Positions 16,381 through 27,456 of a stretch of DNA of 64,000 bases are shown here, piece after piece. The position numbers and the translations under genes are program-made. Each line of letters opens with the position of its first letter. Position 1 is the first letter of the stretch. The stretch lies in the NCBI GenBank assembly GCA_963824105.1, contig CAWGNN010000009.1, positions 500,279-564,278 of the forward strand, written 5' to 3'. This DNA comes from an uncultured Actinomycetota bacterium. Its GTDB lineage: Bacteria > Actinomycetota > Actinomycetes > Propionibacteriales > Nocardioidaceae. The notes beneath the pieces were generated by a model. It worked only from the letters and a program-made list of their open reading frames with translations, searched no databases and was not told the origin of the DNA.

Positions 16381-16578
16381 TCACTCCCAGGTGGAGGCCG
16401 ACACGTCGCCGTGCTCGACGCAGCGTGCCACCCACGAGTCGGGGGTGACCTGTACGACCATCCGGCGTCGGCACTGCACGCAGTATCGAGGCGGCTCCAG
16501 GCGCAGCCGGACCTTGCAGCCGGTGTGGTCACCGGCCATCGCGGGGTCTCCGCAGTGGCCGCAGAACTGCTCCATCAC
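16381..16578 (-). CDS. bsaP: small Cys-rich protein immediately downstream of bioB: biotin synthase auxiliary protein BsaP-like
   Basis: 65 aa with CGHCG...C...CVQC...C cysteine pattern. Sits between bioB and bioA, as for the actinobacterial Rv1590-type protein. Confidence 0.6.
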   Translation of the reverse strand: MMEQFCGHCGDPAMAGDHTGCKVRLRLEPPRYCVQCRRRMVVQVTPDSWVARCVEHGDVSASTWE

Positions 16579-16596
16579 GTGAGGTCGCAGTCCCGA

Positions 16597-17610
16597 TCAG
16601 AGGGTGGCGTTGAGGGTCTTGATCGGCATCGTGAGCTCGTCAAGCAGGGCGAGATCCTCCTTGGGGTCACGGCCGAGGGTGGTGAGGTAGTTGCCCACGA
16701 TCACCGCGTTGATGCCCCCGAGCAGTCCATCCCGGGTGCCGAGGTCGCCCAAGGTGAGCTCCCGGCCGCCGGCGTACCGCAGGATGGTCCGCGGCAGGGC
16801 GAGGCGGAAAGCGGCGATGGTCCGCAGCGCGTCTGCGCTCTCCATGAGCGGCAGGTCGCCGAACGGGGTGCCGGGCCGAGGGTTGAGGAAGTTCAAGGGC
16901 ACCTCGTCGGGCTCGAGGTCGCCGAGCTGCGCGGCCAGCTCCGCGCGCTGCTCGAGGGTCTCGCCCATGCCGACCAGGGCGCCACAGCACAGCTCCATGC
17001 CGGACTCACGCACCATCCGGCAGGTCTCCCAGCGCTCCTCCCACGTGTGGGTGGTCACCACCTCCGGGAAGTAGGACCGCGCGGTCTCCAGGTTGTGGTT
17101 GTACCGATGGATCCCCATCTCGACCAGGTCCTCGACCTGTTCCCGGGCGAGCATGCCGACCGAGGCGGCCACGTTGATGTCGACGGCCTCCTTGATGGCT
17201 GCGACCCCCTCGCGCAGCTGAGCCATCAGGCGCTCGTCGGGGCCGCGGACCGCGGCAACGATGCAGAACTCGCTGGCTCCGGTGGCCGCGGTCTGTCGGG
17301 CCGCCTTCACCAGCTCCGGGATGTTGAGCCAGACGGCGCGCACCGGAGAGCTGAACTGGCCGCTCTGGCTACAGAAGTGACAGTCCTCCGGGCAGCCGCC
17401 GGTCTTCAGCGAGACGATCCCCTCCACCTCGACCTCGGGACCACACCACTTCATCCGCACGTCGTGGGCGAGCTCCAGAAGCGCCGGCAGGTCGTCGTCG
17501 GGGAGTCGTAGAACCTCAAGGATCTGGGCTTCGCTGAGCCGCTCTCCTCTTGCCCACACCTGGTCGCGTGCAGTCTCAAGGATGGTGGCTGGCTGTGCTT
17601 CGACCGACAT
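16597..17610 (-). CDS. bioB: biotin synthase (radical SAM)
   Basis: [11 protein letters not shown] radical-SAM cluster motif plus full-length BioB similarity. Start at MSVEAQ. Confidence 0.93.
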   Translation of the reverse strand: MSVEAQPATILETARDQVWARGERLSEAQILEVLRLPDDDLPALLELAHDVRMKWCGPEVEVEGIVSLKTGGCPEDCHFCSQSGQFSSPVRAVWLNIPELVKAARQTAATGASEFCIVAAVRGPDERLMAQLREGVAAIKEAVDINVAASVGMLAREQVEDLVEMGIHRYNHNLETARSYFPEVVTTHTWEERWETCRMVRESGMELCCGALVGMGETLEQRAELAAQLGDLEPDEVPLNFLNPRPGTPFGDLPLMESADALRTIAAFRLALPRTILRYAGGRELTLGDLGTRDGLLGGINAVIVGNYLTTLGRDPKEDLALLDELTMPIKTLNATL

Positions 17611-17685
17611 GCAGATCCTCACTTTCGCGTTGCTGGCGCACCATTCTCCCCCCACATCGCCGCGATGGGGGACTAGCCTCGGGCC

Positions 17686-18978
17686 GTGACCGATCGACAA
17701 GACCCCGGAGCGGCCCCCGGCGAGGCTCCCGGCGAGGCCCCCGGCGAGGCTCGTCGCATGCTGCGGCGCTGGCAGGAGACCTTGCGGGCCCGAGAGCGAG
17801 TCGAGGCCGAGGCCCGAGAGCGCACCTTGCGCGAGCTCCAGGCGCTGGAGTCCCGAGACCCCGGCAGCGCCGTTCCGCTGCCCGTCCCGCGCGGGGTCGA
17901 GGTGGCGGCGGGCTGGTCCTGGCGGCTGCTGGTGATCGCAGCCGCCGTCTACGGCGGCATCTGGCTGCTGGGCTTCCTGGCGCCGCTCACGGTTCCGCTG
18001 GCTGTCGCGATGCTGGTCGCCGCACTGGCCGCTCCCGCGGTCTCAGCGGTCTCGCAGGTGATGCCCCGTGGTGTGGCGGCGTTCCTCGTGGTCCTCAGCG
18101 GTCTGGTGCTCATCTTCGCGATGTTGACGTTGGCGGGGACCCAGGTGGCGACCGGGTCCACGGATCTGGCAAACCAGGTGAACGACGGTCTGGACGAAGT
18201 CTTGAACTGGCTGCAGTCGGGTCCTCTGCACCTGAGCGACGCGCAGATCAACAACTTCGTCACGAGCCTGCAGAACCTGGTGAAGAGCAGCTCGTCGAGC
18301 ATCGCGGGCGTTGCCGGCGGGGTCGGCGCCAAGCTCGGCGAGCTGGTCGCCGGCTTCTTCGTGGTGCTCTTCGCGACCTACTTCTTCTTGTCCGACGGAG
18401 ACCGGATCTGGTCGTGGCTCGTGCGGATCTTCCCCCGCGTCTCCCGCGCCGAGGTCGACTCCTCCGGCCGCGTGGCCTGGCGGTCACTCACCAAGTTCGT
18501 CCGGGCCACCGTGATCGTCGCGCTCACCGACTCGCTGGGCATCATGATCGTTGCGATGATCCTGCGGGTGCCGTTCATTGCGGCGATCGGCCTGCTGGTC
18601 TTCCTAGGTGCCTTCATCCCGCTTGTCGGGGCCACCATCTCGGGCTCGGTCGCCGTCTTGGTCGCCCTCGTGTCGCATGGGCCCCTGGCGGCCCTGTTGA
18701 TGCTGCTCGGGGTCGTGGCCGTCCAGCAGATCGAGGCCCATCTGCTGCAGCCGTTCTTGATGGGCCGCTTCGTCAGCGTGCACCCGCTCGGCATCATCCT
18801 GGCCATCGGGGTTGGCGTGCTGAGCGCAGGCATCGCGGGCGCGCTGATCGCGGTTCCGCTCGCGGCAGCGGGCAACGCCGTCGTGAATCATCTTGCCGAG
18901 ATCCACGAGGCCCAGGCCCAGGAAGCTCTTCAACGGGCTGCCGCGGAACAGGCCGAGTCGGTCACGGCCGAGGACTAG
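17686..18978 (+). CDS. AI-2E family (PerM/UPF0118) transporter
   Basis: About 8 TM helices. [19 protein letters not shown] and [13 protein letters not shown] family motifs. GTG start. Confidence 0.8.
   Translation: MTDRQDPGAAPGEAPGEAPGEARRMLRRWQETLRARERVEAEARERTLRELQALESRDPGSAVPLPVPRGVEVAAGWSWRLLVIAAAVYGGIWLLGFLAPLTVPLAVAMLVAALAAPAVSAVSQVMPRGVAAFLVVLSGLVLIFAMLTLAGTQVATGSTDLANQVNDGLDEVLNWLQSGPLHLSDAQINNFVTSLQNLVKSSSSSIAGVAGGVGAKLGELVAGFFVVLFATYFFLSDGDRIWSWLVRIFPRVSRAEVDSSGRVAWRSLTKFVRATVIVALTDSLGIMIVAMILRVPFIAAIGLLVFLGAFIPLVGATISGSVAVLVALVSHGPLAALLMLLGVVAVQQIEAHLLQPFLMGRFVSVHPLGIILAIGVGVLSAGIAGALIAVPLAAAGNAVVNHLAEIHEAQAQEALQRAAAEQAESVTAED
17713..17748 (+). repeat. 3 x 12-bp in-frame tandem repeat (APGE)3 in the transporter N-terminus
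   Basis: gcccccggcgag gctcccggcgag gcccccggcgag, read directly. Confidence 0.85.
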
Positions 18979-19062
18979 CCGGCAGGAATGGCCGGTAGGA
19001 AAGACTTGAAGGAAGAATTGGCAGGACAGATTGATAGGAAGAAGAGGACCGGGAGCCACGCC

Positions 19063-20274
19063 ATGACCATCCCCACGCTCGCCGAGATCCGGGCAGCGCG
19101 CGACCTGCTCGCCGGCGTCGCGACCGTGACCCCGATACAAGGCGCTCGCTGGCTGTCCGAGGCGGTCGGAGGCCCGGTCTGGATGAAGGCCGAGAACCTC
19201 CAGCGGGCCGGCTCGTTCAAGATCCGCGGCGCCTTCACGCGAATCTCCGGCCTCAGTGAGGCTGAGCGGGCACGCGGAGTGGTTGCGGCCAGCGCGGGCA
19301 ACCACGCTCAAGGCGTGGCGCTGGCGGCGTCACTGCTCGGCATCAAGGCCACTGTGTTCATGCCGGAGGGTGCTCCCATCCCCAAGGTGAAGGCGACTCG
19401 CGGCTACGGCGCTGAAGTGATCTTCCATGGGTCCACCATCGACGAAGCCCTGGTGATGGCGCAGGAGCTGAGCGATCGGGAGGGTGCGGTCCTGGTACAC
19501 CCGTTCGATCACAAGGACATCGTCGCCGGGCAGGGCACCTGTGGCCTGGAGCTGATCGAGCAGCGGCCGGATCTGCGGACCGTAGTCGTGCCGACCGGGG
19601 GTGGCGGTCTCGTCGGGGGGATGGCGATCGCCCTCAAGGGGATCAACCCCGACATCCGGGTGATCGGCGTCCAGGCCGAGGCAGCGGCCGCCTATCCCAA
19701 GTCACTGGCCGAAGGTCACCCGGTGGCGCTGACGGAGATGTCGACGATGGCAGACGGCATCGCGGTGGGCCGACCCGGCGTCATCCCCTTCGAGGCGGTC
19801 TCTCACCTGGTGGACGACGTCCTGACCGTGAGTGAGGAGGCAATCAGCCAGGCGCTGGTGTTGCTCCTCGAGCGCAACAAGCTGGTCGTCGAGCCCGCAG
19901 GGGCCGTGGCCGTGGCCGCGATCCGTGAGCATCCTGAGCTTTTCGAGCCTCCGGTGGCTGCCGTCCTCTCCGGTGGCAACATCGACCCGCTGCTGCTGTT
20001 GCATGTGATCCGCCATGGGCTGGCGGCGGCCGGTCGGTATCTGGTCCTCGGCGTGCGGATCAATGACCGGCCCGGCGGCCTCGCCGATCTGCTCGCCGCC
20101 CTGGCGCGGACTCACGCCAACATCATCGACGTGATCCACGATCGGACCTCTCCACTGCTGCCGGTCCATGCGGTCGACGTGACCTTGCAGGTGGAGACGC
20201 GGGGCGCCGACCATGCGGAAGCCGTGGTGCGGCAGCTGCGGGGCGAGGGGTACGAGGTCAGTCAGCCGGAGTAG
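19063..20274 (+). CDS. ilvA: threonine ammonia-lyase (short form with one ACT-like domain)
   Basis: ENLQRAGSFKIRGA PLP-Lys motif, SAGNHAQG, C-terminal regulatory domain. Start at MTIPTL. Confidence 0.9.
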   Translation: MTIPTLAEIRAARDLLAGVATVTPIQGARWLSEAVGGPVWMKAENLQRAGSFKIRGAFTRISGLSEAERARGVVAASAGNHAQGVALAASLLGIKATVFMPEGAPIPKVKATRGYGAEVIFHGSTIDEALVMAQELSDREGAVLVHPFDHKDIVAGQGTCGLELIEQRPDLRTVVVPTGGGGLVGGMAIALKGINPDIRVIGVQAEAAAAYPKSLAEGHPVALTEMSTMADGIAVGRPGVIPFEAVSHLVDDVLTVSEEAISQALVLLLERNKLVVEPAGAVAVAAIREHPELFEPPVAAVLSGGNIDPLLLLHVIRHGLAAAGRYLVLGVRINDRPGGLADLLAALARTHANIIDVIHDRTSPLLPVHAVDVTLQVETRGADHAEAVVRQLRGEGYEVSQPE

Positions 20275-20756
20275 GGCACCGCGTCGAGGATCTCGACGTG
20301 GATCTCCTTGCCGTTGGGCGCCTCGTAAGTCACGACGTCGCCCTTCTTGAATCCGATGATGGCCTTCCCCAGAGCACTCTGCGGCGAGTAGACCTCGAGG
20401 TCGGAGTGGGCCCCGGCCATCTCGCGTGCGCCGAGAAGGAAGACCTCTTCCTCGTCGTCCCCGACGAAACGGGTGGTCACCACCATGCCTGGCGTGATCT
20501 CGCCGGACTCGGACGCAGTGACGCCGATCTGGGCCTTCTCGAGCATCGCTTCAAGCTGTTTGATCCTGGCCTCGGTCTTGCCCTGCTCCTCGCGGGCCGC
20601 GTGGTAGCCGCCGTTCTCCTTGAGATCCCCCTCGTCACGGGCGGCGCTGATCCGGGAGATGATCTCCGAACGCACGGGTCCGCGCAGGTGCTCCAACTCG
20701 CCCTTGAGCTTGTCGAAGCCGTCCTGGGTCAGCCAGATCACGGTGTCGTCGGTCAC
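20262..20756 (-). CDS. greA: transcription elongation factor GreA
   Basis: AREEGDLKENGGYHAAREEQ coiled-coil motif plus the C-terminal FKBP-like domain. Confidence 0.95.
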   Translation of the reverse strand: MTDDTVIWLTQDGFDKLKGELEHLRGPVRSEIISRISAARDEGDLKENGGYHAAREEQGKTEARIKQLEAMLEKAQIGVTASESGEITPGMVVTTRFVGDDEEEVFLLGAREMAGAHSDLEVYSPQSALGKAIIGFKKGDVVTYEAPNGKEIHVEILDAVPYSG

Positions 20757-20828
20757 GGTCTCTCCTGTGCTGCTGAGCTGCGGGGGGTGCGCTGGGGCAC
20801 CGGACCTCTTTCGGAATGACTGACAAGT

Positions 20829-21227
20829 CTAGCGAGGGCGGGGTTGGCCGGGGGCCGTACAACCGATGAGCTTGGCCGCGGTGGCCGGCTGCTCGGTGCG
20901 TATCGAGACGTTGAGCGTCTGGTTCGGCGGCCCGGAGGTGACCGGCACCGAGAGCTCCCCGACGATCGAGTGGTCGTAGGCCAGCGCCTGGACCAGGCAG
21001 GTCGCCTGGGTGCCTTCGGTGGATCGGTCGACCTGGATGCGCACGGTGAGCTGTGTGGGGGAGTCCACGGTGAAGCCGACCAGCTGAGACGTGGCCTGCG
21101 GGTGGATGTAGGCGATGCCTGCCCAGACGAACCAGCCCAGCGCCGCGGCGACGATCAGCGCGGCGGCGCCGACGGCCACGAGGCGGCTCCGGCGATCGTT
21201 GCCATACCGCTGGGTCAGGTCTGTCAC
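20829..21227 (-). CDS. DUF4307-like single-pass membrane protein (Rv1081c position)
   Basis: One N-terminal TM helix. Conserved position between greA and mca. Confidence 0.5.
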   Translation of the reverse strand: MTDLTQRYGNDRRSRLVAVGAAALIVAAALGWFVWAGIAYIHPQATSQLVGFTVDSPTQLTVRIQVDRSTEGTQATCLVQALAYDHSIVGELSVPVTSGPPNQTLNVSIRTEQPATAAKLIGCTAPGQPRPR

Positions 21228-21250
21228 GAGCTCATCCTAGGATTGCCGCC

Positions 21251-22129
21251 ATGCTCCGGTTGATGCACGTCCACGCCCACCCCGACGACGAGTCGAGCAA
21301 GGGTGCGGCGAGCACGGCCATGTACGTGGCTCAGGGCGTCGACGTCCATGTGGTCACGTGCACCGGCGGGGAGCGAGGATCCATCCTCAACCCGAACATG
21401 GACCGGCCCGACATTCTGGCGAACATCGCCGAGGTCCGTCGACAGGAGATGGATCGTGCCCGCGAGATCCTGGGTGTCACGCAGGACTGGCTGGGGTTCG
21501 TCGACTCGGGCTTTCCCGAGGGTGACCCCCCGCCGCCCTTACCGGAGGGCTGCTTCGCGCTGCAGCCCGTGGAGGCGGCCGCGGCACCGCTGGTCCGGCT
21601 GATGAGGAAGTTCCGGCCGCACGTGGTGACGACGTACGACGAGAACGGCGGCTACCCGCACCCGGACCACATCATGACCCACAAGATTTCCCTCGCGGCC
21701 TTCCACGCCGCCGGTGACCCGGCCGCCTACCCGGAGGAGGGCGAGCCCTGGCAGCCGCTCAAGCTGTACTACCAGCACGGCTTCTACCGGGAGAAGTTCC
21801 AGGCCCTCCACGACGAGATGCTCCGTCGCGGCCTCGATTCGCCCTACGGTGAGCGGCTCGAGAACTGGACGCCGGACCCGACCCACTTCTCGCGGATCAC
21901 CACTCGCGTGCCGTGCGCGGACTACTTCGCCGCCCGGGACCGGGCGCTCCTCGCGCACGCGACGCAGGTCGACCCCGAGGGCCCCTGGTTCGCCTGCCCA
22001 CTGGAGGTGCACCAGGCCGCTTGGCCGACCGAGGACTTCGAGCTGGCCATCAGCCATGTGGACTCCGCGATCCCGGAGACCGATCTCTTCGCCGGAGTCC
22101 GAGAGCCTGCTGAGAAGATGACCTCATGA
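21251..22129 (+). CDS. mca: mycothiol S-conjugate amidase (LmbE family)
   Basis: [28 protein letters not shown]. Synteny with Rv1082. Confidence 0.9.
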   Translation: MLRLMHVHAHPDDESSKGAASTAMYVAQGVDVHVVTCTGGERGSILNPNMDRPDILANIAEVRRQEMDRAREILGVTQDWLGFVDSGFPEGDPPPPLPEGCFALQPVEAAAAPLVRLMRKFRPHVVTTYDENGGYPHPDHIMTHKISLAAFHAAGDPAAYPEEGEPWQPLKLYYQHGFYREKFQALHDEMLRRGLDSPYGERLENWTPDPTHFSRITTRVPCADYFAARDRALLAHATQVDPEGPWFACPLEVHQAAWPTEDFELAISHVDSAIPETDLFAGVREPAEKMTS

Positions 22130-22395
22130 ACTGGCTTCCCGAGATTGCGATGCCCTCGCTCGCCGACCCCACGCCGGCGGACCAGCAGGTTGGTGCCTGG
22201 GGGTTCGTGATCGTGATGGCCCTGATCGTCGGCACGTTCCTGCTCTGGCTCAACATGCGCAAGCAGCTCCGCAAGATCAATGTTCCATCCGACGGTGAGG
22301 ACGAGATCGGTGTGCCCGAGTCGGATCCTGGGTCGGCTACGGGGAAGGGAACAGAGCCCCCGGTGGAGCCGGAGGGCAACTCGACCTCACCTTGA
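22126..22395 (+). CDS. small membrane protein (Rv1083 position)
   Basis: ATGA overlap with the mca stop. One TM helix ([18 protein letters not shown]) and an acidic tail. Confidence 0.5.
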   Translation: MNWLPEIAMPSLADPTPADQQVGAWGFVIVMALIVGTFLLWLNMRKQLRKINVPSDGEDEIGVPESDPGSATGKGTEPPVEPEGNSTSP

Positions 22396-22407
22396 CGGCC
22401 AGGGGAT

Positions 22408-22731
<324 letters not shown>

Positions 22732-22788
22732 TCAGGGATACCGCGAGGATTCCGCCGACACCTTGCTGGGCATCCGCAGCATACTCCC

Positions 22789-22806
22789 CATACCGCCCCG
22801 GGTATG
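22789..22806. promoter_or_regulatory. CsoR-type operator candidate 1
   Basis: CATACC-GCCCCG-GGTATG: AT-containing arms flanking a G/C tract, 121 bp upstream of the repressor start. Confidence 0.5.
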
Positions 22807-22860
22807 GCTCATCTGGTGGGACCAGCGATTGGGACCATTGGCCCGGGCCACTTGTCCCGT

Positions 22861-22878
22861 CATACCCCCTGGGGTATG
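22861..22878. promoter_or_regulatory. CsoR-type operator candidate 2
   Basis: CATACCCC-CT-GGGGTATG with perfect 8-bp arms, 113 bp upstream of the Cys-rich mini-ORF. Confidence 0.55.
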
Positions 22879-22990
22879 CTTTCGGCTGGAGTTCGTTCCC
22901 GCGATCACCGGAACCACGCACCCACGGGGTCGCTGACCACCAGCACCTCAACCGATCCTCGACAGACCCCAATGATTGGAGAACAGCCAC

Positions 22991-23107
22991 ATGTGCTCTC
23001 CGGCACCGTGCTTTCAGTGCAACAAGACCACCTGGTCCGGCTGCGGCAGCCACGTCGCCCAGGTGATGGCGCACGTTCCCGAGGACCAGCGCTGCCAGTG
23101 CCGCTGA
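22991..23107 (+). CDS. 38-aa Cys-rich small protein (not in the ORF track)
   Basis: MCSPAPCFQCNKTTWSGCGSHVAQVMAHVPEDQRCQCR: 6 Cys and 2 His. GGAG 10 nt upstream of the ATG. Divergent from the CsoR-like gene, with the operator-like palindromes between them. Confidence 0.5.
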   Translation: MCSPAPCFQCNKTTWSGCGSHVAQVMAHVPEDQRCQCR

Positions 23108-23143
23108 GCTGAGCCCAACCCAGTTGCGCTCAGCAGCACTCAC

Positions 23144-23785
23144 CTAGTCGCGGGTGAGTCGGACAAGGGCATCCCAGGCCACCTTGTCCGGCTCGCCCGC
23201 GTCCTTGTCCCCGGGGATGACCCGCTTGACCCGCTTGGCCCGGGACACCGTGAAGCTCTCTCCCTCGAGGTCGGCGAGGACGTCCTCGGCCGTGTAGAGC
23301 ATGGCCGGGTCCTGCGGGCCCCCGGTGCCCTCGGTGAGGTTGGTGGAGTCGTGAGCGACGAGGAGAAGCACCCCGCCCCGGCGCAGGCTCTGGAATCCGG
23401 CGCGGACGGCCGCGCGACGCGGTTCCGCGGCAATCTGCAGGTAAGCCATCACGACGACATCGAACTCCTTGTTCGACGTGAACGTCGTGGCATCGGCCAC
23501 CTCCCATTGGATGTAGCCGAACGTGCTGGCCACTCCGGCCCCCGACGTACGCCGCATCCGCTCGATGCTGCGGCCCTTCTCGATCGCGACCTTCGAGAAG
23601 TCCGCGGCGGTGACGTCCCAGCCCCGCTGGGCCAGCCAGAGGGCGTTGCGTCCCTCGCCGCAGGCCAGGTCGAGCGCGCGGCCGGGGGGAAGGTAGGAGA
23701 GCTCCTCCTCGACGAAGACGTTCGGCGCAGCCGACCAGACCAGGTCCGTGCCGGAATACCGTTCGTTCCATCGCTCCGCATCCAT
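23144..23785 (-). CDS. class I SAM-dependent methyltransferase
   Basis: ALDLACGEGRNALWLA motif I and acidic motif II (VTAADFS). Start at MDAERW. Confidence 0.75.
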   Translation of the reverse strand: MDAERWNERYSGTDLVWSAAPNVFVEEELSYLPPGRALDLACGEGRNALWLAQRGWDVTAADFSKVAIEKGRSIERMRRTSGAGVASTFGYIQWEVADATTFTSNKEFDVVVMAYLQIAAEPRRAAVRAGFQSLRRGGVLLLVAHDSTNLTEGTGGPQDPAMLYTAEDVLADLEGESFTVSRAKRVKRVIPGDKDAGEPDKVAWDALVRLTRD

Positions 23786-23816
23786 GCGCATATTCTGGCG
23801 CACGAGTCCAGCTCGT

Positions 23817-25844
23817 GTGGGCGGGGTCCGCAAGAAGACCAGAGAGTCGGGAGATCCATTGCGTCTGCGTGACGACGCCGCGTCGGTTCTGAGCCCTTAC
23901 CTGCGCGACCACATCGACAACCCGGTCGACTGGTGGGCCTTCGGCCCGGACGCATTCGCGGAGGCCCGGCGGCGCGACGTCCCGATCCTGCTCTCGGTGG
24001 GCTATGCGGCCTGTCACTGGTGCCACGTGATGGCGCACGAGTCCTTCGAGGACCCGGCGACCGCGGCTTTCATGAACGAGCACTTCGTCAACATCAAGGT
24101 AGACCGTGAGGAACGGCCGGACGTGGACGCCGTCTACATGCGGGCCACCCAGGCGATGACCGGATCCGGCGGGTGGCCGATGACCGTGGTGATCACTGCC
24201 GAAGGGGAGCCGTTCTTCGCCGGCACCTATTTCCCGGACCGGCCCCGGCACGGCCAGCCGGCCTTCACCCAGGTCCTCCGCGCGCTGGCGGAGGCATGGA
24301 GGGACCGGCGCGACGAGATCATGCGGGTCGCCGGCGAGGTCTTGAGCCGTCTCGATGTCGCGATCGCGTCGGACGGATCGGCGCTGGACGGGCCCGCACT
24401 CGCCCAGGCGGTCTCGCGGCTCGAGCGGCAGTTCGACCCGGACTTCAGTGGTTTCGGCCGGGCGCCCAAGTTCCCCGCGTCGATGGTGCTGGAGTTCCTC
24501 CTGCGCCATCACGCCAGGACCGGATCGGAGTCTGCCGAGCGGATGGTCTCGGCGACGTGCGACGCGATGGCGCGCGGTGGCCTCTACGACCAGGTCGGCG
24601 GAGGCTTTGCCCGCTACAGCGTCGACGCCCAGTGGGTGGTGCCTCACTTCGAGAAGATGCTCTACGACAACGCTCTCCTTCTCGGGGTCTACGCCCGCTG
24701 GTGGCGCCAGAGTGGGGTGCCGCTCGCCGAGCGCGTGGCCCAGGAGACCGCCGACTTCCTCCTCCGCGAGCTGCGCACCGACCAGGGAGGTTTCGCGTCC
24801 GCGCTGGATGCCGACTCCGAGGGGGAGGAGGGCCGTTTCTACGTGTTCGACCCGGCCGAGCTCGCCCGAGCACTGCCCGAGCCGGACGTGTCCTGGGCTG
24901 CCGACCTGCTCAGCGTTACCGATGCGGGCACCTTCGAACATGGCTCCTCCACGCTCCAGATGCGTCGCGACCCGGACGATCCCCGTCGCTGGGCCCGGGT
25001 CCGCGCCGCCCTGTTCGACTACCGGGCCGGACGGACCCGGCCGGCGGTGGACGACAAGGTGGTCGCCGCCTGGAACGGGCTGGCGATCGCATCGCTGGCC
25101 GAAGCCGGGATGCTGCTCGGGAAGCCTGGCTACGTCGATGCCGCCCGTGGCGCTGCTGACCTGCTGCTCGGCCTCCATCTCGTGGATGGACGTTTGTTAC
25201 GAGTGTCCCGGGACGGTGTGCCCGGCGATGCCGCCGGAGTGCTCGAGGACTACGGCTGCGTCGCGGCCGGGCTGCTCGCCGTTGCCCAGGCCACCGGCGA
25301 CGCCCACTATCTGCGTGCGGCGGGCGGACTTCTCGACCAGGCTCTGGCGCACTTCTCCGATGGCGAGGGCGGCTTCTTCGACACCGCGGACGACGCCGAG
25401 GCCCTGGTGGCCCGGCCGCGCGACCCCTCGGACAACGCGTCCCCCTCAGGTCTCTCGGCCGTCGCGGACGCGCTGACCACCTATGCGGCCCTCACCGGCT
25501 CCGGCCCGCACCGAGAGGCCGCGGAGGCGGCGCTTCGGTCCGTCGCCGGGTTCGCGATCGAAGCGCCGCGGTTCGCCGGCTGGTCGCTCGCGGTGGCGGA
25601 GGCTCATCTGGTGGGACCGATCGAGGTGGCCGTCGTGTCCGAGGAGGAGACGCCGCTCAGCGCGATCGCCTGGCAGTCCTGCAGCCCGGGGCGAGTGGTC
25701 GTCTCCGGTCGCCCCGACGACGCGTCCTGGCCTCTGCTCGCGGGGCGCGGTCTGGTCGAGGGGCGGGCCGCGGCGTACGTGTGCCGGTCCATGGTCTGCG
25801 AACGACCCGTGGTGGCCGAGGACCAGCTGCGGGCGATGATCTGA
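23817..25844 (+). CDS. thioredoxin-domain (DUF255) / six-hairpin glycosidase-like protein (Rv1084 / YyaL family)
   Basis: NPVDWWAFGPDAF, GYAACHWCHVMAHESFED, NIKVDREERPDVD. The start is uncertain (GTG 23817; the track ORF begins at 23748). Confidence 0.8.
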   Translation: MGGVRKKTRESGDPLRLRDDAASVLSPYLRDHIDNPVDWWAFGPDAFAEARRRDVPILLSVGYAACHWCHVMAHESFEDPATAAFMNEHFVNIKVDREERPDVDAVYMRATQAMTGSGGWPMTVVITAEGEPFFAGTYFPDRPRHGQPAFTQVLRALAEAWRDRRDEIMRVAGEVLSRLDVAIASDGSALDGPALAQAVSRLERQFDPDFSGFGRAPKFPASMVLEFLLRHHARTGSESAERMVSATCDAMARGGLYDQVGGGFARYSVDAQWVVPHFEKMLYDNALLLGVYARWWRQSGVPLAERVAQETADFLLRELRTDQGGFASALDADSEGEEGRFYVFDPAELARALPEPDVSWAADLLSVTDAGTFEHGSSTLQMRRDPDDPRRWARVRAALFDYRAGRTRPAVDDKVVAAWNGLAIASLAEAGMLLGKPGYVDAARGAADLLLGLHLVDGRLLRVSRDGVPGDAAGVLEDYGCVAAGLLAVAQATGDAHYLRAAGGLLDQALAHFSDGEGGFFDTADDAEALVARPRDPSDNASPSGLSAVADALTTYAALTGSGPHREAAEAALRSVAGFAIEAPRFAGWSLAVAEAHLVGPIEVAVVSEEETPLSAIAWQSCSPGRVVVSGRPDDASWPLLAGRGLVEGRAAAYVCRSMVCERPVVAEDQLRAMI

Positions 25845-25851
25845 GCCGGGA

Positions 25852-26583
25852 CTACCCCAGCGCCCAGGCTGCCATCGCGATGGCCACTGCGTGGGTGATG
25901 TAGCCACCGAGGGTGAACAGGTGGAAGACCTCGTGGAAGCCGAACCAGCGCGGTGCGGGGTTGGGCCATTTCACCCCGTACACGATCCCGCCCAGCGTGT
26001 AGAGACCACCGCCGACGACCAACAGGACGAAGACGGGGGTGCTCGCACTGGCGTAGAAGTCGCCCAGGAAGAAGATCGCGGCCCAGCCCAGCGCGAGGTA
26101 GATCGGTACGTAGAGCCACCGGGGCGCTGCGGTCCAAAGCATTCGGAAGGCCATGCCCAGCAGGGCACCTCCCCACACCAGGCTCAGCAGGATCGCCTTG
26201 GGTCGGCCGTGCAGCAGGATGATCGTGAAGGGCGTGTAGCTACCCGCGATCAGCAAAAAGATGTTCGCGTGATCAAGGCGCTTCAACACCACTTGCACCT
26301 TCGGCTGCCAGCGTCCGCGGTGGTAGATGCTCGAGATCGTGAAGAGCGCGAAGCCGGTCGCCACGAAGACCGAGTTGCCGACCGTGGGCCACGGGCTGGG
26401 TGATCTCAGGGCCGGGATGGCGATGAGGAACGCGCCGGCGGCGAGGGTGGCGGGCGCGGCGAGCATGTGCAGCCACCCGCGGAGCACCGGCTTCGCTTCC
26501 GGGTTGGCGCTGGGGAACGACTCGTCCAGCCCTTCGGCGACGTGCTCGCGGGTATCGCTGACACGGTGCGATCGGTCCCTCAC
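25852..26583 (-). CDS. hemolysin III / PAQR family membrane protein
   Basis: 7 TM helices, RGWLH...HANIFLLIAGSYTP...FHLF motifs. Rv1085c position. Confidence 0.85.
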   Translation of the reverse strand: MRDRSHRVSDTREHVAEGLDESFPSANPEAKPVLRGWLHMLAAPATLAAGAFLIAIPALRSPSPWPTVGNSVFVATGFALFTISSIYHRGRWQPKVQVVLKRLDHANIFLLIAGSYTPFTIILLHGRPKAILLSLVWGGALLGMAFRMLWTAAPRWLYVPIYLALGWAAIFFLGDFYASASTPVFVLLVVGGGLYTLGGIVYGVKWPNPAPRWFGFHEVFHLFTLGGYITHAVAIAMAAWALG

Positions 26584-26670
26584 GAGGCCAACTTAGTCTC
26601 CGAGCAGACCTGCAGGACAGTCGCCAGTGAAGCCTCCTGGTCCCCCTTTGAGAAAGATCACACTTGTACG

Positions 26671-27456
26671 ATGACGCTTGTGGCGAGGCTCAAGGACTTG
26701 GTCAAGGCGGTGCTCTATCCCGCCTATGAGGCCAGACTCGCCCGTCGCCTCCCGCCGGGGCGCCTTCCGCGGCACGTGGGCGTCATGCTCGACGGCAACC
26801 GTCGGTGGGCCAAGGCCGTCGGTGAGGACGCCGCGGCGGGCCATCGGGCAGGCGCCGCGAACATCTCGCCGTTCCTGGAGTGGTGCGACGAGGTAGGCGT
26901 CGAGATCGTCACCTTGTGGCTTCTCTCCACTGACAATCTGGGCCGGCCCCGCGAGGAGCTCGAACCGCTGCTGTCGATCATTGCCGAGGTCGTGGAAGAG
27001 CTCGCCGCCGAGCAGCGCTGGCGGATCAATCCCGTAGGCGCTCTCGACCTTCTGCCCGCGGACATCCACCGTCGGCTCAAGGTGGCCGCGGAGACGACTC
27101 GCGACGTGTCCGGGCTGCTGGTGAATGTCGCCGTGGGATACGGCGGCCGGCGGGAGATCGCCGACGCCGTTCGAGGGCTGATGCAGGAGCACGCCGAGCA
27201 GGGCACCACCTTGGCGGAGCTGGCCGACGCGATCGATGTCGACGCGATCGCCGAGCACCTCTACACCAAGGGGCAACCCGACCCTGACCTGGTGATCCGG
27301 ACCTCGGGGGAGCAGCGACTGAGCGGCTTCCTGCTGTGGCAGAGCGTGCACAGCGAGTTCTACTTCTGCGAGGCCTACTGGCCCGATTTCCGGCGGGTGG
27401 ACTTCCTGCGGGCTCTGCGTGACTACGCCCGGCGCCAGCGGCGTTTCGGCGCCTGA
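26671..27456 (+). CDS. cis-(Z)-prenyl diphosphate synthase (UppS family, Rv1086-like short-chain type by synteny)
   Basis: HVGVMLDGNRRWA, LLSTDN, RTSGEQRLSGFLLWQ. Start at MTLVARL. Confidence 0.85.
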   Translation: MTLVARLKDLVKAVLYPAYEARLARRLPPGRLPRHVGVMLDGNRRWAKAVGEDAAAGHRAGAANISPFLEWCDEVGVEIVTLWLLSTDNLGRPREELEPLLSIIAEVVEELAAEQRWRINPVGALDLLPADIHRRLKVAAETTRDVSGLLVNVAVGYGGRREIADAVRGLMQEHAEQGTTLAELADAIDVDAIAEHLYTKGQPDPDLVIRTSGEQRLSGFLLWQSVHSEFYFCEAYWPDFRRVDFLRALRDYARRQRRFGA

